Positions 25,331-40,500 of a stretch of DNA of 64,000 nucleotides are shown one piece after another; positions within the stretch are counted from its first letter, which is position 1; every line of letters starts with the position of its first letter. Source of the DNA: Auanema rhodensis (taxonomy: Eukaryota; Animalia; Nematoda); the NCBI GenBank assembly GCA_964057225.1, contig OZ059897.1, positions 2,666,001 to 2,730,000 on the forward strand, written 5' to 3'. The position numbers were made by a program, and so were the translations under genes. Below the pieces are notes generated by a model that was given only the letters and a program-made list of their open reading frames with translations, was not told the DNA's origin and searched no databases.

Positions 25331-28300
25331 TATAGTGCATTCGATGCGAATTTTTAAGCTGCGTTGATCTGTGTTATCTGATTTGAGTTAACTTAAAAAT
25401 GCACCGAGATATCAACTGATATAGGTTCACACTTATATCCTCGATTTTCACCCTGAAGAAATGATTTTTTCGTTGAAAAACATTGTCCATCGTCTTCGTC
25501 TTGAAAAAAGGAATCTAAAAACATCTACTTTTTGTGAAATTATTCAGAAATTTTTCGGGAAAATTTTTGTCAAAATGTTTTTGGAAGCAATGTTGAGTGT
25601 ACATGGGAACTCAACATACACTAATGCATTATTTTTCAAACGATCATAACTAATTTTTGTATGGAGCGTTTCTCAATGTAGTATAGTGCATTCGATGCGG
25701 ATTTTTAAGCTGCGTTGATCTGTGTTATCAGATTTGAGTTAGCTTAAAAATGCACCGAGATATCAACTGATATATGTTCACACTTATATCCTCGATTTTC
25801 ACCCTGAAGAAATGATTTTTTCGTTGAATAACATTGTTCATCGTCTTAGTCTTGAAAAAAGGAATCTAAAAACATCTACTTTTTGTGAAATTATTTAGAA
25901 ATTTTTCGGGAAAATTTTTGTCAAAATGTTTTTGGAAGCAATGTTGAGTGTACATGGGAACTCAGCATACACTAATGCATTATTTTTCAAACGATCATAA
26001 CTAATTTTTGTATAGAGCGTTTCTCAATGTAGTATAGTGCTGTCGATGCGGATTTTTAAGCTGCGTTGATCTGTGTTATCAGATTTGAGTTAGCTTAAAA
26101 ATGCACCGAGATATCAACTGATATATGTTCGCGCTTATATCCTCGATTTTCACACTGAAGAAATGATTTTTTCGTTGAATAACATTGTCCATCGTCTTTG
26201 TCTTGAAAAAAGGAATCTAAAAACATCTACTTTTTGTGAAATTATTTAGAAATTTTTCGGGAAAATTTTTGTCAAAATGTTTTTGGAAGCAATGTTGAGT
26301 GTACATGGGAACTCAGCATACACTAATGCATTATTTTTCAAACGATCATAACTAATTTTTGTATAGAGCGTTTCTCAATGTAGTATAGTGCTGTCGATGC
26401 GGATTTTTAAGCTGCGTTGATCTGTGTTATCAGATTTGAGTTAGCTTAAAAATGCACCGAGATATCAACTGATATATGTTCACGCTTATATCCTCGATTT
26501 TCATACTGAAGAAATGATTTTTTCGTTGAATAACATTGTCCATCGTCTTCGTCTTGAAAAAAGGAATCTAAAAACATCTACTTTTTGTGAAATTATTTGG
26601 AAATTTTTCGGGAAAATTTTTGTCAAAATGTTTTTGGAAGCAATGTTGACTGTACATGGGAACTCAACATACACTAATGCATTATTTTTCAAACGATCAT
26701 AACTAATTTTTGTATAGAGCGTTTCTCAATGTAGTATAATGCATTCGATGCGGATTTTTAAGCTGCGTTGATCTGTGTTATCAGATTTGAGTTAACTTAA
26801 AAATGCACCGAGATATCAACTGATATATGTTCACACTTATATCCTCGATTTTCACCCTGAAGAAATGATTTTTTCGTTGAAAAACATTGTCCATCGTATT
26901 CGTCTTGAAAAAAGGAATCTAAAAACATCTACTTTTTTGTGAAATTATTCAGAAATTTTTCGGGAAAATTTTTGTCAAAATGTTTTTGGAAGCAATGTTG
27001 AGTGTACATGGGAACTCAACATACACTAATGCATTATTTTTGAAACGATCATAACTAATTTTTGTATAGAGCGTTTCTTAATGTAGTATAGTGCATTCGA
27101 TGCGGATTTTTAAGCTGCGTCGATCTGTGTTATCAGATTTGAGGTAGCTTAAAAATGCACCGAGATATCAACTGATATATGTTCACACTTATATCCTCAA
27201 TTTTCACCCTGAAGAAATGATTTTTTCGTTGAATAACATTGTCCATCGTCTTAGTCTTGAAAAAAGGAATCTAAAAACATCTACTTTTTGTGAAATTATT
27301 TAGAAATTTTTCGGGAAAATTTTTGTCAAAATGTTTTTGGAAGCAATGTTGAGTGCACATGGGAACTCAACATACACTAATGCATTATTTTTCAAACGAT
27401 CATAACTAATTTTTGTATAGAGCGTTTCTCAATGTCGTATAGTGCATTCGATGCGAATTTTTAAGCTGCGTTGATCTGTGTTATCAGATTTGAGTTAGCT
27501 TAAAAATGCACCGAGATATCAACTGATATATGTTCACACTTATATCCTCGATTTTCACCCTGAAGAAATGATTTTTTCGTTGAATAACATTGTCCATCGT
27601 CTTCGTCTTGAAAAAAGGAATCTAAAAACATCTACTTTTTGTGAAATTATTTAGAAATTTTTCGGGAAAATTTTTGTCAAAATGTTTTTGGAAGCAATGT
27701 TGAGTGTACATGGGAACTCAGCATACACTAATGCATTATTTTTCAAACGATCATAACTAATTTTTGTATAGAGCGTTTCTTTATGTAGTATAGTGCATTC
27801 GATGCGGATTTTTAAGCTGCGTCGATCTGTGTTATCAGATTTGAGGTAGCTTAAAAATGCACCGAGATATCAACTGATATATGTTCACACTTATATCCTC
27901 AATTTTCACCCTGAAGAAATGATTTTTTCGTTGAATAACATTGTCCATCGTCTTCGTCTTGAAAAAAGGAATCTAAAAACATCTACTTTTTGTGAAATTA
28001 TTTAGAAATTTTTCGGGAAAATTTTTGTCAAAATGTTTTTGGAAGCAATGTTGAGTGCACATGGGAACTCAACATACACTAATGCATTATTTTTCAAACG
28101 ATCATAACTAATTTTTGTATAGAGCGTTTCTCAATGTCGTATAGTGCATTCGATGCGAATTTTTAAGCTGCGTTGATCTGTGTTATCAGATTTGAGTTAG
28201 CTTAAAAATGCACCGAGATATCAACTGATATATGTTCACACTTATATCCTCGATTTTCACCCTGAAGAAATGATTTTTTCGTTGAATAACATTGTCCATC

Positions 28301-31300
28301 GTCTTCGTCTTGAAAAAAGGAATCTAAAAACATCTACTTTTTGTGAAATTATTTAGAAATTTTTCGGGAAAATTTTTGTCAAAATGTTTTTGGAAGCAAT
28401 GTTGAGTGTACATGGGAACTCAGCATACACTAATGCATTATTTTTCAAACGATCATAACTAATTTTTGTATAGAGCGTTTCTCAATGTAGTATAGTGCAT
28501 TCGATGCGGATTTTTAAGCTGCGTCGATCTGTGTTATCAGATTTGAGGTAGCTTAAAAATGCTCCGAGATATCAACTTATATAAGTTCACACTTATATCC
28601 TCGATTTTCACCCTGAAGAATTAATTTTTTCGTTGAATAACATTGTCCATCGTCTTCGTCTTGAAAAAAGGAATCTAAAAACATCTACTTTTTGTGAAAT
28701 TATTTAGAAATTTTTCGGGAAAATTTTTGTCAAAATGTTTTTGGAAGCAATGTTGAGTGTACATGGGAACTCAGCATACACTAATGCATTATTTTTCAAA
28801 CGATCATAACTAATTTTTGTATAGAGCGTTTCTTAATGTAGTATAGTGCATTCGATGCGGATTTTTAAGCTGCGTCGATCTGTGTTATCAGATTTGAGGT
28901 AGCTTAAAAATGCACCGAGATATCAACTGATATATGTTCACACTTATATCCTCAATTTTCACCCTGAAGAAATGATTTTTTCGTTGAATAACATTGTCCA
29001 TCGTCTTAGTCTTGAAAAAAGGAATCTAAAAACATTTACTTTTTGTGAAATTATTTAGAAATTTTTCGGGAAAATTTTTGTCAAAATGTTTTTGGAAGCA
29101 ATGTTGAGTGTACATGGGAACTCAACATACACTAATGCATTATTTTTGAAACGATCATAACTAATTTTTGTATAGAGCGTTTCTTAATGTAGTATAGTGC
29201 ATTCGATGCGGATTTTTAAGCTGCGTCGATCTGTGTTATCAGATTTGAGGTAGCTTAAAAATGCACCGAGATATCAACTGATATATGTTCACACTTATAT
29301 CCTCAATTTTCACCCTGAAGAAATGATTTTTTCGTTGAATAACATTGTCCATCGTCTTAGTCTTGAAAAAAGGAATCTAAAAACATCTACTTTTTGTGAA
29401 ATTATTTAGAAATTTTTCGGGAAAATTTTTGTCAAAATGTTTTTGGAAGCAATGTTGAGTGCACATGGGAACTCAACATACACTAATGCATTATTTTTCA
29501 AACGATCATAACTAATTTTTGTATAGAGCGTTTCTCAATGTCGTATAGTGCATTCGATGCGAATTTTTAAGCTGCGTTGATCTGTGTTATCAGATTTGAG
29601 TTAGCTTAAAAATGCACCGAGATATCAACTGATATATGTTCACACTTATATCCTCGATTTTCACCCTGAAGAAATGATTTTTTCGTTGAATAACATTGTC
29701 CATCGTCTTCGTCTTGAAAAAAGGAATCTAAAAACATCTACTTTTTGTGAAATTATTTAGAAATTTTTCGGGAAAATTTTTGTCAAAATGTTTTTGGAAG
29801 CAATGTTGAGTGTACATGGGAACTCAGCATACACTAATGCATTATTTTTCAAACGATCATAACTAATTTTTGTATAGAGCGTTTCTCAATGTAGTATAGT
29901 GCATTCGATGCGGATTTTTAAGCTGCGTCGATCTGTGTTATCAGATTTGAGGTAGCTTAAAAATGCTCCGAGATATCAACTTATATAAGTTCACACTTAT
30001 ATCCTCGATTTTCACCCTGAAGAATTAATTTTTTCGTTGAATAACATTGTCCATCGTCTTCGTCTTGAAAAAAGGAATCTAAAAACATCTACTTTTTGTG
30101 AAATTATTTAGAAATTTTTCGGGAAAATTTTTGTCAAAATGTTTTTGGAAGCAATGTTGAGTGTACATGGGAACTCAGCATACACTAATGCATTATTTTT
30201 CAAACGATCATAACTAATTTTTGTATAGAGCGTTTCTTAATGTAGTATAGTGCATTCGATGCGGATTTTTAAGCTGCGTCGATCTGTGTTATCAGATTTG
30301 AGGTAGCTTAAAAATGCACCGAGATATCAACTGATATATGTTCACACTTATATCCTCAATTTTCACCCTGAAGAAATGATTTTTTCGTTGAATAACATTG
30401 TCCATCGTCTTAGTCTTGAAAAAATGAATCTAAAAACATCTACTTTTTGTGAAATTATTTAGAAATTTTTCGGGAAAATTTTTGTCAAAATGTTTTTGGA
30501 AGCAATGTTGAGTGCACATGGGAACTCAACATACACTAATGCATTATTTTTCAAACGATCATAACTAATTTTTGTATAGAGCGTTTCTCAATGTCGTATA
30601 GTGCATTCGATGCGAATTTTTAAGCTGCGTCGATCTGTGTTATCAGATTTGAGGTAGCTTAAAAATGCTCCGAGATATCAACTTATATAAGTTCACACTT
30701 ATATCCTCGATTTTCACCCTGAAGAATTAATTTTTTCGTTGAATAACATTGTCCATCGTCTTCGTCTTGAAAAAAGGAATCTAAAAACATCTACTTTTTG
30801 TGAAATTATTTAGAAATTTTTCGGGAAAATTTTTGTCAAAATGTTTTTGGAAGCAATGTTGAGTGTACATGGGAACTCAACATACACTAATGCATTATTT
30901 TTGAAACGATCATAACTAATTTTTGTATAGAGCGTTTCTTAATGTAGTATAGTGCATTCGATGCGGATTTTTAAGCTGCGTCGATCTGTGTTATCAGATT
31001 TGAGGTAGCTTAAAAATGCACCGAGATATCAACTGATATATGTTCACACTTATATCCTCAATTTTCACCCTGAAGAAATGATTTTTTCGTTGAATAACAT
31101 TGTCCATCGTCTTAGTCTTGAAAAAAAGAATCTAAAAACATCTACTTTTTGTGAAATTATTTAGAAATTTTTCGGGAAAATTTTTGTCAAAATGTTTTTG
31201 GAAGCAATGTTGAGTGCACATGGGAACTCAACATACACTAATGCATTATTTTTCAAACGATCATAACTAATTTTTGTATAGAGCGTTTCTCAATGTCGTA

Positions 31301-31589
31301 TAGTGCATTCGATGCGAATTTTTAAGCTGCGTTGATCTGTGTTATCAGATTTGAGTTAGCTTAAAAATGCACCGAGATATCAACTGATATATGTTCACAC
31401 TTATATCCTCGATTTTCACCCTGAAGAAATGATTTTTTCGTTGAATAACATTGTCCATCGTCTTCGTCTTGAAAAAAGGAATCTAAAAACATCTACTTTT
31501 TGTGAAATTATTTAGAAATTTTTCGGGAAAATTTTTGTCAAAATGTTTTTGGAAGCAATGTTGAGTGTACATGGGAACTCAGCATACAC

Positions 31590-34500
31590 TAATGCATTAT
31601 TTTTCAAACGATCATAACTAATTTTTGTATAGAGCGTTTCTCAATGTAGTATAGTGCATTCGATGCGGATTTTTAAGCTGCGTCGATCTGTGTTATCAGA
31701 TTTGAGGTAGCTTAAAAATGCTCCGAGATATCAACTTATATAAGTTCACACTTATATCCTCGATTTTCACCCTGAAGAATTAATTTTTTCGTTGAATAAC
31801 ATTGTCCATCGTCTTCGTCTTGAAAAAAGAAATCTAAAAACATCTACTTTTTGTGAAATTATTTAGAAATTTTTCGGGAAAATTTTTGTCAAAATGTTTT
31901 TGGAAGCAATGTTGAGTGTACATGGGAACTCAACATACACTAATGCATTATTTTTGAAACGATCATAACTAATTTTTGTATAGAGCGTTTCTTAATGTAG
32001 TATAGTGCATTCGATGCGGATTTTTAAGCTGCGTCGATCTGTGTTATCAGATTTGAGGTAGCTTAAAAATGCACCGAGATATCAACTGATATATGTTCAC
32101 ACTTATATCCTCAATTTTCACCCTGAAGAAATGATTTTTTCGTTGAATAACATTGTCCATCGTCTTAGTCTTGAAAAAAGGAATCTAAAAACATCTACTT
32201 TTTGTGAAATTATTTAGAAATTTTTCGGGAAAATTTTTGTCAAAATGTTTTTGGAAGCAATGTTGAGTGCACATGGGAACTCAACATACACTAATGCATT
32301 ATTTTTCAAACGATCATAACTAATTTTTGTATAGAGCGTTTCTCAATGTCGTATAGTGCATTCGATGCGAATTTTTAAGCTGCGTTGATCTGTGTTATCA
32401 GATTTGAGTTAGCTTAAAAATGCACCGAGATATCAACTGATATATGTTCACACTTATATCCTCGATTTTCACCCTGAAGAAATGATTTTTTCGTTGAATA
32501 ACATTGTCCATCGTCTTCGTCTTGAAAAAAGGAATCTAAAAACATCTACTTTTTGTGAAATTATTTAGAAATTTTTCGGGAAAATTTTTGTCAAAATGTT
32601 TTTGGAAGCAATGTTGAGTGTACATGGGAACTCAGCATACACTAATGCATTATTTTTCAAACGATCATAACTAATTTTTGTATAGAGCGTTTCTCAATGT
32701 AGTATAGTGCATTCGATGCGGATTTTTAAGCTGCGTCGATCTGTGTTATCAGATTTGAGGTAGCTTAAAAATGCTCCGAGATATCAACTTATATAAGTTC
32801 ACACTTATATCCTCGATTTTCACCCTGAAGAATTAATTTTTTCGTTGAATAACATTGTCCATCGTCTTCGCCTTGAAAAAAGGAATCTAAAAACATCTAC
32901 TTTTTGTGAAATTATTTAGAAATTTTTCGGGAAAATTTTTGTCAAAATGTTTTTGGAAGCAATGTTGAGTGTACATGGGAACTCAGCATACACTAATGCA
33001 TTATTTTTCAAACGATCATAACTAATTTTTGTATAGAGCGTTTCTCAATGTAGTATAGTGCATTCGATGCGAATTTTTAAGCTGCGTTGATCTGTGTTAT
33101 CTGATTTGAGTTAACTTTAAAATGCACCGTGATATCAACTGATATATGTTCACACTTATATCCTCAATTTTCACCCTGAAGAAATGATTTTTTCGTTGAA
33201 AAACATTGTCCATCGTCTTCGTCTTGAAAAAAGGAATCTAAAAACATCTACTTTTTGTGAAATTATTTAGAAATTTTTCGGGAAAATTTTTGTCAAAATG
33301 TTTTTGGAAGCAATGTTGAGTGCACATGGGAACTCAACATACACTAATGCATTATTTTTCAAACGATCATAACTAATTTTTGTATAGAGCGTTTCTCAAT
33401 GTCGTATAGTGCATTCGATGCGAATTTTTAAGCTGCGTTGATCTGTGTTATCAGATTTGAGTTAGCTTAAAAATGCACCGAGATATCAACTGATATATGT
33501 TCACACTTATATCCTCGATTTTCACCCTGAAGAAATGATTTTTTCGTTGAAAAACATTGTCCATCGTCTTCGTCTTGAAAAAAGGAATCTAAAAACATCT
33601 ACTTTTTGTGAAATTATTCAGAAATTTTTCGGGAAAATTTTTGTCAAAATGTTTTTGGAAGCAATGTTGAGTGTACATGGGAACTCAACATACACTAATG
33701 CATTATTTTTCAAACGATCATAACTAATTTTTGTATGGAGCGTTTCTCAATGTAGTATAGTGCATTCGATGCGGATTTTTAAGCTGCGTTGATCTGTGTT
33801 ATCAGATTTGAGTTAGCTTAAAAATGCACCGAGATATCAACTGATATATGTTCACACTTATATCCTCGATTTTCACCCTGAAGAAATGATTTTTTCGTTG
33901 AATAACATTGTCCATCGTCTTAGTCTTGAAAAAAGGAATCTAAAAACATCTACTTTTTGTGAAATTATTTAGAAATTTTTCGGGAAAATTTTTGTCAAAA
34001 TGTTTTTGGAAGCAATGTTGAGTGTACATGGGAACTCAGCATACACTAATGCATTATTTTTCAAACGATCATAACTAATTTTTGTATAGAGCGTTTCTCA
34101 ATGTAGTATAGTGCATTCGATGCGGATTTTTAAGCTGCGTTGATCTGTGTTATCAGATTTGAGTTAACTTAAAAATGCACCGAGATATCAACTGATATAT
34201 GTTCACACTTATATCCTCGATTTTCACCCTGAAGAAATGATTTTTTCGTTGAATAACATAGTCCATCGTCTTCGTCTTAAAAAAAGGAATCTAAAAACAT
34301 CTACTTTTTGTGAAATTATTTAGAAATTTTTCGGGAAAATTTTTGTCAAAATGTTTTTGGAAGCAATGTTGAGTGTACATGGGAACTCAGCATACACTAA
34401 TGCATTATTTTTCAAACGATCATAACTAATTTTTGTATAGAGCGTTTCTCAATGTAGTATAGTGCTGTCGATGCGGACTTTTAAGCTGCGTTGATCTGTG

Positions 34501-37500
34501 TTATCAGATTTGAGTTAGCTTAAAAATGCACCGAGATATCAACTGATATATGTTCACGCTTATATCCTCGATTTTCACACTGAAGAAATGATTTTTTCGT
34601 TGAATAACATTGTCCATCGTCTTCGTCTTGAGAAAAGGAATCTAAAAACATCTACTTTTTGTGAAATTATTTGGAAATTTTTCGGGAAAATTTTTGTCAA
34701 AATGTTTTTGGAAGCAATGTTGACTGTACATGGGAACTCAACATACACTAATGCATTATTTTTCAAACGATCATAACTAATTTTTGTATAGAGCGTTTCT
34801 CAATGTAGTATAGTGCATTCGATGCGAATTTTTAAGCTGCGTTGATCTGTGTTATCAGATTTGAGTTAACTTAAAAATGCACCGAGATATCAACTGATAT
34901 ATGTTCACACTTATATCCTCGATTTTCACCCTGAAGAAATGATTTTTTCGTTGAAAAACATTGTCCATCGTATTCGTCTTGAAAAAAGGAATCTAAAAAC
35001 ATCTACTTTTTGTGAAATTATTCAGAAATTTTTCGGGAAAATTTTTGTCAAAATGTTTTTGGAAGCAATGTTGAGTGTACATGGGAACTCAGCATACACT
35101 AATGCATTATTTTTCAAACGATCATAACTAATTTTTGTATAGAGCGTTTCTCAATGTAGTATAGTGCATTCGATGCGGATTTTTAAGCTGCGTTGATCTG
35201 TGTTATCAGATTTGAGTTAACTTAAAAATGCACCGAGATATCAACTGATATATGTTCACACTTATATCCTCGATTTTCACCCTGAAGAAATGATTTTTTC
35301 GTTGAATAACATTGTCCATCGTCTTCGTCTTGAAAAAAGGAATCTAAAAACATCTACTTTTTTTGAAATTATTTAGAAATTTTTCGGGAAAATTTTTGTC
35401 AAAATGTTTTTGGAAGCAATGTTGAGTGTACATGGGAACTCAACATACACTAATGCATTATTTTTGAAACGATCATAACTAATTTTTGTATAGAGCGTTT
35501 CTTAATGTAGTATAGTGCATTCGATGCGGATTTTTAAGCTGCGTCGATCTGTGTTATCAGATTTGAGGTAGCTTAAAAATGCACCGAGATATCAACTGAT
35601 ATATGTTCACACTTATATCCTCGATTTTCACCCTGAAGAAATGATTTTTTCGTTGAATAACATTGTCCATCGTCTTCGTCTTGAAAAAAGGAATCTAAAA
35701 ACATCTACTTTTTGTGAAATTATTTAGAAATTTTTCGGGAAAATTTTTGTCAAAATGTTTTTGGAAGCAATGTTGAGTGTACATGGGAACTCAGCATACA
35801 CTAATGCATTATTTTTCAAACGATCATAACTAATTTTTGTATAGAGCGTTTCTCAATGTAGTATAGTGCATTCGATGCGGATTTTTAAGCTGCGTCGATC
35901 TGTGTTATCAGATTTGAGGTAGCTTAAAAATGCTCCGAGATATCAACTTATATAAGTTCACACTTATATCCTCGATTTTCACCCTGAAGAATTAATTTTT
36001 TCGTTGAATAACATTGTCCATCGTCTTCGTCTTGAAAAAAGGAATCTAAAAACATCTACTTTTTGTGAAATTATTTAGAAATTTTTCGGGAAAATTTTTG
36101 TCAAAATGTTTTTGGAAGCAATGTTGAGTGTACATGGGAACTCAGCATACACTAATGCATTATTTTTCAAACGATCATAACTAATTTTTGTATAGAGCGT
36201 TTCTCAATGTAGTATAGTGCATTCGATGCGAATTTTTAAGCTGCGTTGATCTGTGTTATCTGATTTGAGTTAACTTTAAAATGCACCGTGATATCAACTG
36301 ATATATGTTCACACTTATATCCTCAATTTTCACCCTGAAGAAATGATTTTTTCGTTGAAAAACATTGTCCATCGTCTTCGTCTTGAAAAAAGGAATCTAA
36401 AAACATCTACTTTTTGTGAAATTATTTAGAAATTTTTCGGGAAAATTTTTGTCAAAATGTTTTTGGAAGCAATGTTGAGTGCACATGGGAACTCAACATA
36501 CACTAATGCATTATTTTTCAAACGATCATAACTAATTTTTGTATAGAGCGTTTCTCAATGTCGTATAGTGCATTCGATGCGAATTTTTAAGCTGCGTCGA
36601 TCTGTGTTATCAGATTTGAGGTAGCTTAAAAATGCTCCGAGATATCAACTTATATAAGTTCACACTTATATCCTCGATTTTCACCCTGAAGAATTAATTT
36701 TTTCGTTGAATAACATTGTCCATCGTCTTCGTCTTGAAAAAAGGAATCTAAAAACATCTACTTTTTGTGAAATTATTTAGAAATTTTTCGGGAAAATTTT
36801 TGTCAAAATGTTTTTGGAAGCAATGTTGAGTGTACATGGGAACTCAACATACACTAATGCATTATTTTTGAAACGATCATAACTAATTTTTGTATAGAGC
36901 GTTTCTTAATGTAGTATAGTGCATTCGATGCGGATTTTTAAGCTGCGTCGATCTGTGTTATCAGATTTGAGGTAGCTTAAAAATGCTCCGAGATATCAAC
37001 TTATATAAGTTCACACTTATATCCTCGATTTTCACCCTGAAGAATTAATTTTTTCGTTGAATAACATTGTCCATCGTCTTCGTCTTGAAAAAAGGAATCT
37101 AAAAACATCTACTTTTTGTGAAATTATTTAGAAATTTTTCGGGAAAATTTTTGTCAAAATGTTTTTGGAAGCAATGTTGAGTGTACATGGGAACTCAACA
37201 TACACTAATGCATTATTTTTGAAACGATCATAACTAATTTTTGTATAGAGCGTTTCTTAATGTAGTATAGTGCATTCGATGCGGATTTTTAAGCTGCGTC
37301 GATCTGTGTTATCAGATTTGAGGTAGCTTAAAAATGCACCGAGATATCAACTGATATATGTTCACACTTATATCCTCAATTTTCACCCTGAAGAAATGAT
37401 TTTTTCGTTGAATAACATTGTCCATCGTCTTAGTCTTGAAAAAAGGAATCTAAAAACATCTACTTTTTGTGAAATTATTTAGAAATTTTTCGGGAAAATT

Positions 37501-40500
37501 TTTGTCAAAATGTTTTTGGAAGCAATGTTGAGTGCACATGGGAACTCAACATACACTAATGCATTATTTTTCAAACGATCATAACTAATTTTTGTATAGA
37601 GCGTTTCTCAATGTCGTATAGTGCATTCGATGCGAATTTTTAAGCTGCGTTGATCTGTGTTATCAGATTTGAGTTAGCTTAAAAATGCACCGAGATATCA
37701 ACTGATATATGTTCACACTTATATCCTCGATTTTCACCCTGAAGAAATGATTTTTTCGTTGAATAACATTGTCCATCGTCTTCGTCTTGAAAAAAGGAAT
37801 CTAAAAACATCTACTTTTTGTGAAATTATTTAGAAATTTTTCGGGAAAATTTTTGTCAAAATGTTTTTGGAAGCAATGTTGAGTGTACATGGGAACTCAG
37901 CATACACTAATGCATTATTTTTCAAACGATCATAACTAATTTTTGTATAGAGCGTTTCTCAATGTAGTATAGTGCATTCGATGCGGATTTTTAAGCTGCG
38001 TCGATCTGTGTTATCAGATTTGAGGTAGCTTAAAAATGCTCCGAGATATCAACTTATATAAGTTCACACTTATATCCTCGATTTTCACCCTGAAGAATTA
38101 ATTTTTTCGTTGAATAACATTGTCCATCGTCTTCGTCTTGAAAAAAGGAATCTAAAAACATCTACTTTTTGTGAAATTATTTAGAAATTTTTCGGGAAAA
38201 TTTTTGTCAAAATGTTTTTGGAAGCAATGTTGAGTGTACATGGGAACTCAACATACACTAATGCATTATTTTTGAAACGATCATAACTAATTTTTGTATA
38301 GAGCGTTTCTTAATGTAGTATAGTGCATTCGATGCGGATTTTTAAGCTGCGTCGATCTGTGTTATCAGATTTGAGGTAGCTTAAAAATGCACCGAGATAT
38401 CAACTGATATATGTTCACACTTATATCCTCAATTTTCACCCTGAAGAAATGATTTTTTCGTTGAATAACATTGTCCATCGTCTTAGTCTTGAAAAAAGGA
38501 ATCTAAAAACATCTACTTTTTGTGAAATTATTTAGAAATTTTTCGGGAAAATTTTTGTCAAAATGTTTTTGGAAGCAATGTTGAGTGCACATGGGAACTC
38601 AACATACACTAATGCATTATTTTTCAAACGATCATAACTAATTTTTGTATAGAGCGTTTCTCAATGTCGTATAGTGCATTCGATGCGAATTTTTAAGCTG
38701 CGTTGATCTGTGTTATCAGATTTGAGTTAGCTTAAAAATGCACCGAGATATCAACTGATATATGTTCACACTTATATCCTCGATTTTCACCCTGAAGAAA
38801 TGATTTTTTCGTTGAATAACATTGTCCATCGTCTTAGTCTTGAAAAAAGGAATCTAAAAACATCTACTTTTTGTGAAATTATTTAGAAATTTTTCGGGAA
38901 AATTTTTGTCAAAATGTTTTTGGAAGCAATGTTGAGTGCACATGGGAACTCAACATACACTAATGCATTATTTTTCAAACGATCATAACTAATTTTTGTA
39001 TAGAGCGTTTCTCAATGTCGTATAGTGCATTCGATGCGAATTTTTAAGCTGCGTTGATCTGTGTTATCAGATTTGAGTTAGCTTAAAAATGCACCGAGAT
39101 ATCAACTGATATATGTTCACACTTATATCCTCAATTTTCACCCTGAAGAAATGATTTTTTCGTTGAATAACATTGTCCATCGTCTTAGTCTTGAAAAAAG
39201 GAATCTAAAAACATCTACTTTTTGTGAAATTATTTAGAAATTTTTCGGGAAAATTTTTGTCAAAATGTTTTTGGAAGCAATGTTGAGTGTACATGGGAAC
39301 TCAGCATACACTAATGCATTATTTTTCATACGATCATAACTAATTTTTGTATAAAGCGTTTCTCAATGTAGTATAGTGCATTCGATGCGGATTTTTAAGC
39401 TGCGTTGATCTGTGTTATCAGATTTGAGTTAACTTAAAAATGCACCGAGATATCAACTGATATATGTTCACACTTATATCCTCGATTTTCACCCTGAAGA
39501 AATGATTTTTTCGTTGAAAAACATTGTCCATCGTATTCGTCTTGAAAAAAGGAATCTAAAAACATCTACTTTTTGTGAAATTATTCAGAAATTTTTCGGG
39601 AAAATTTTTGTCAAAATGTTTTTGGAAGCAATGTTGAGTGTACATGGGAACTCAACATACACTAATGCATTATTTTTGAAACGATCATAACTAATTTTTG
39701 TATAGAGCGTTTCTTAATGTAGTATAGTGCATTCGATGCGGATTTTTAAGCTGCGTCGATCTGTGTTATCAGATTTGAGGTAGCTTAAAAATGCACCGAG
39801 ATATCAACTGATATATGTTCACACTTATATCCTCAATTTTCACCCTGAAGAAATGATTTTTTCGTTGAATAACATTGTCCATCGTCTTAGTCTTGAAAAA
39901 AGGAATCTAAAAACATCTACTTTTTGTGAAATTATTTAGAAATTTTTCGGGAAAATTTTTGTCAAAATGTTTTTGGAAGCAATGTTGAGTGCACATGGGA
40001 ACTCAACATACACTAATGCATTATTTTTCAAACGATCATAACTAATTTTTGTATAGAGCGTTTCTCAATGTCGTATAGTGCATTCGATGCGAATTTTTAA
40101 GCTGCGTTGATCTGTGTTATCAGATTTGAGTTAGCTTAAAAATGCACCGAGATATCAACTGATATATGTTCACACTTATATCCTCGATTTTCACCCTGAA
40201 GAAATGATTTTTTCGTTGAATAACATTGTCCATCGTCTTCGTCTTGAAAAAAGGAATCTAAAAACATCTACTTTTTTTGAAATTATTTAGAAATTTTTCG
40301 GGAAAATTTTTGTCAAAATGTTTTTGGAAGCAATGTTGAGTGTACATGGGAACTCAACATACACTAATGCATTATTTTTGAAACGATCATAACTAATTTT
40401 TGTATAGAGCGTTTCTTAATGTAGTATAGTGCATTCGATGCGGATTTTTAAGCTGCGTCGATCTGTGTTATCAGATTTGAGGTAGCTTAAAAATGCACCG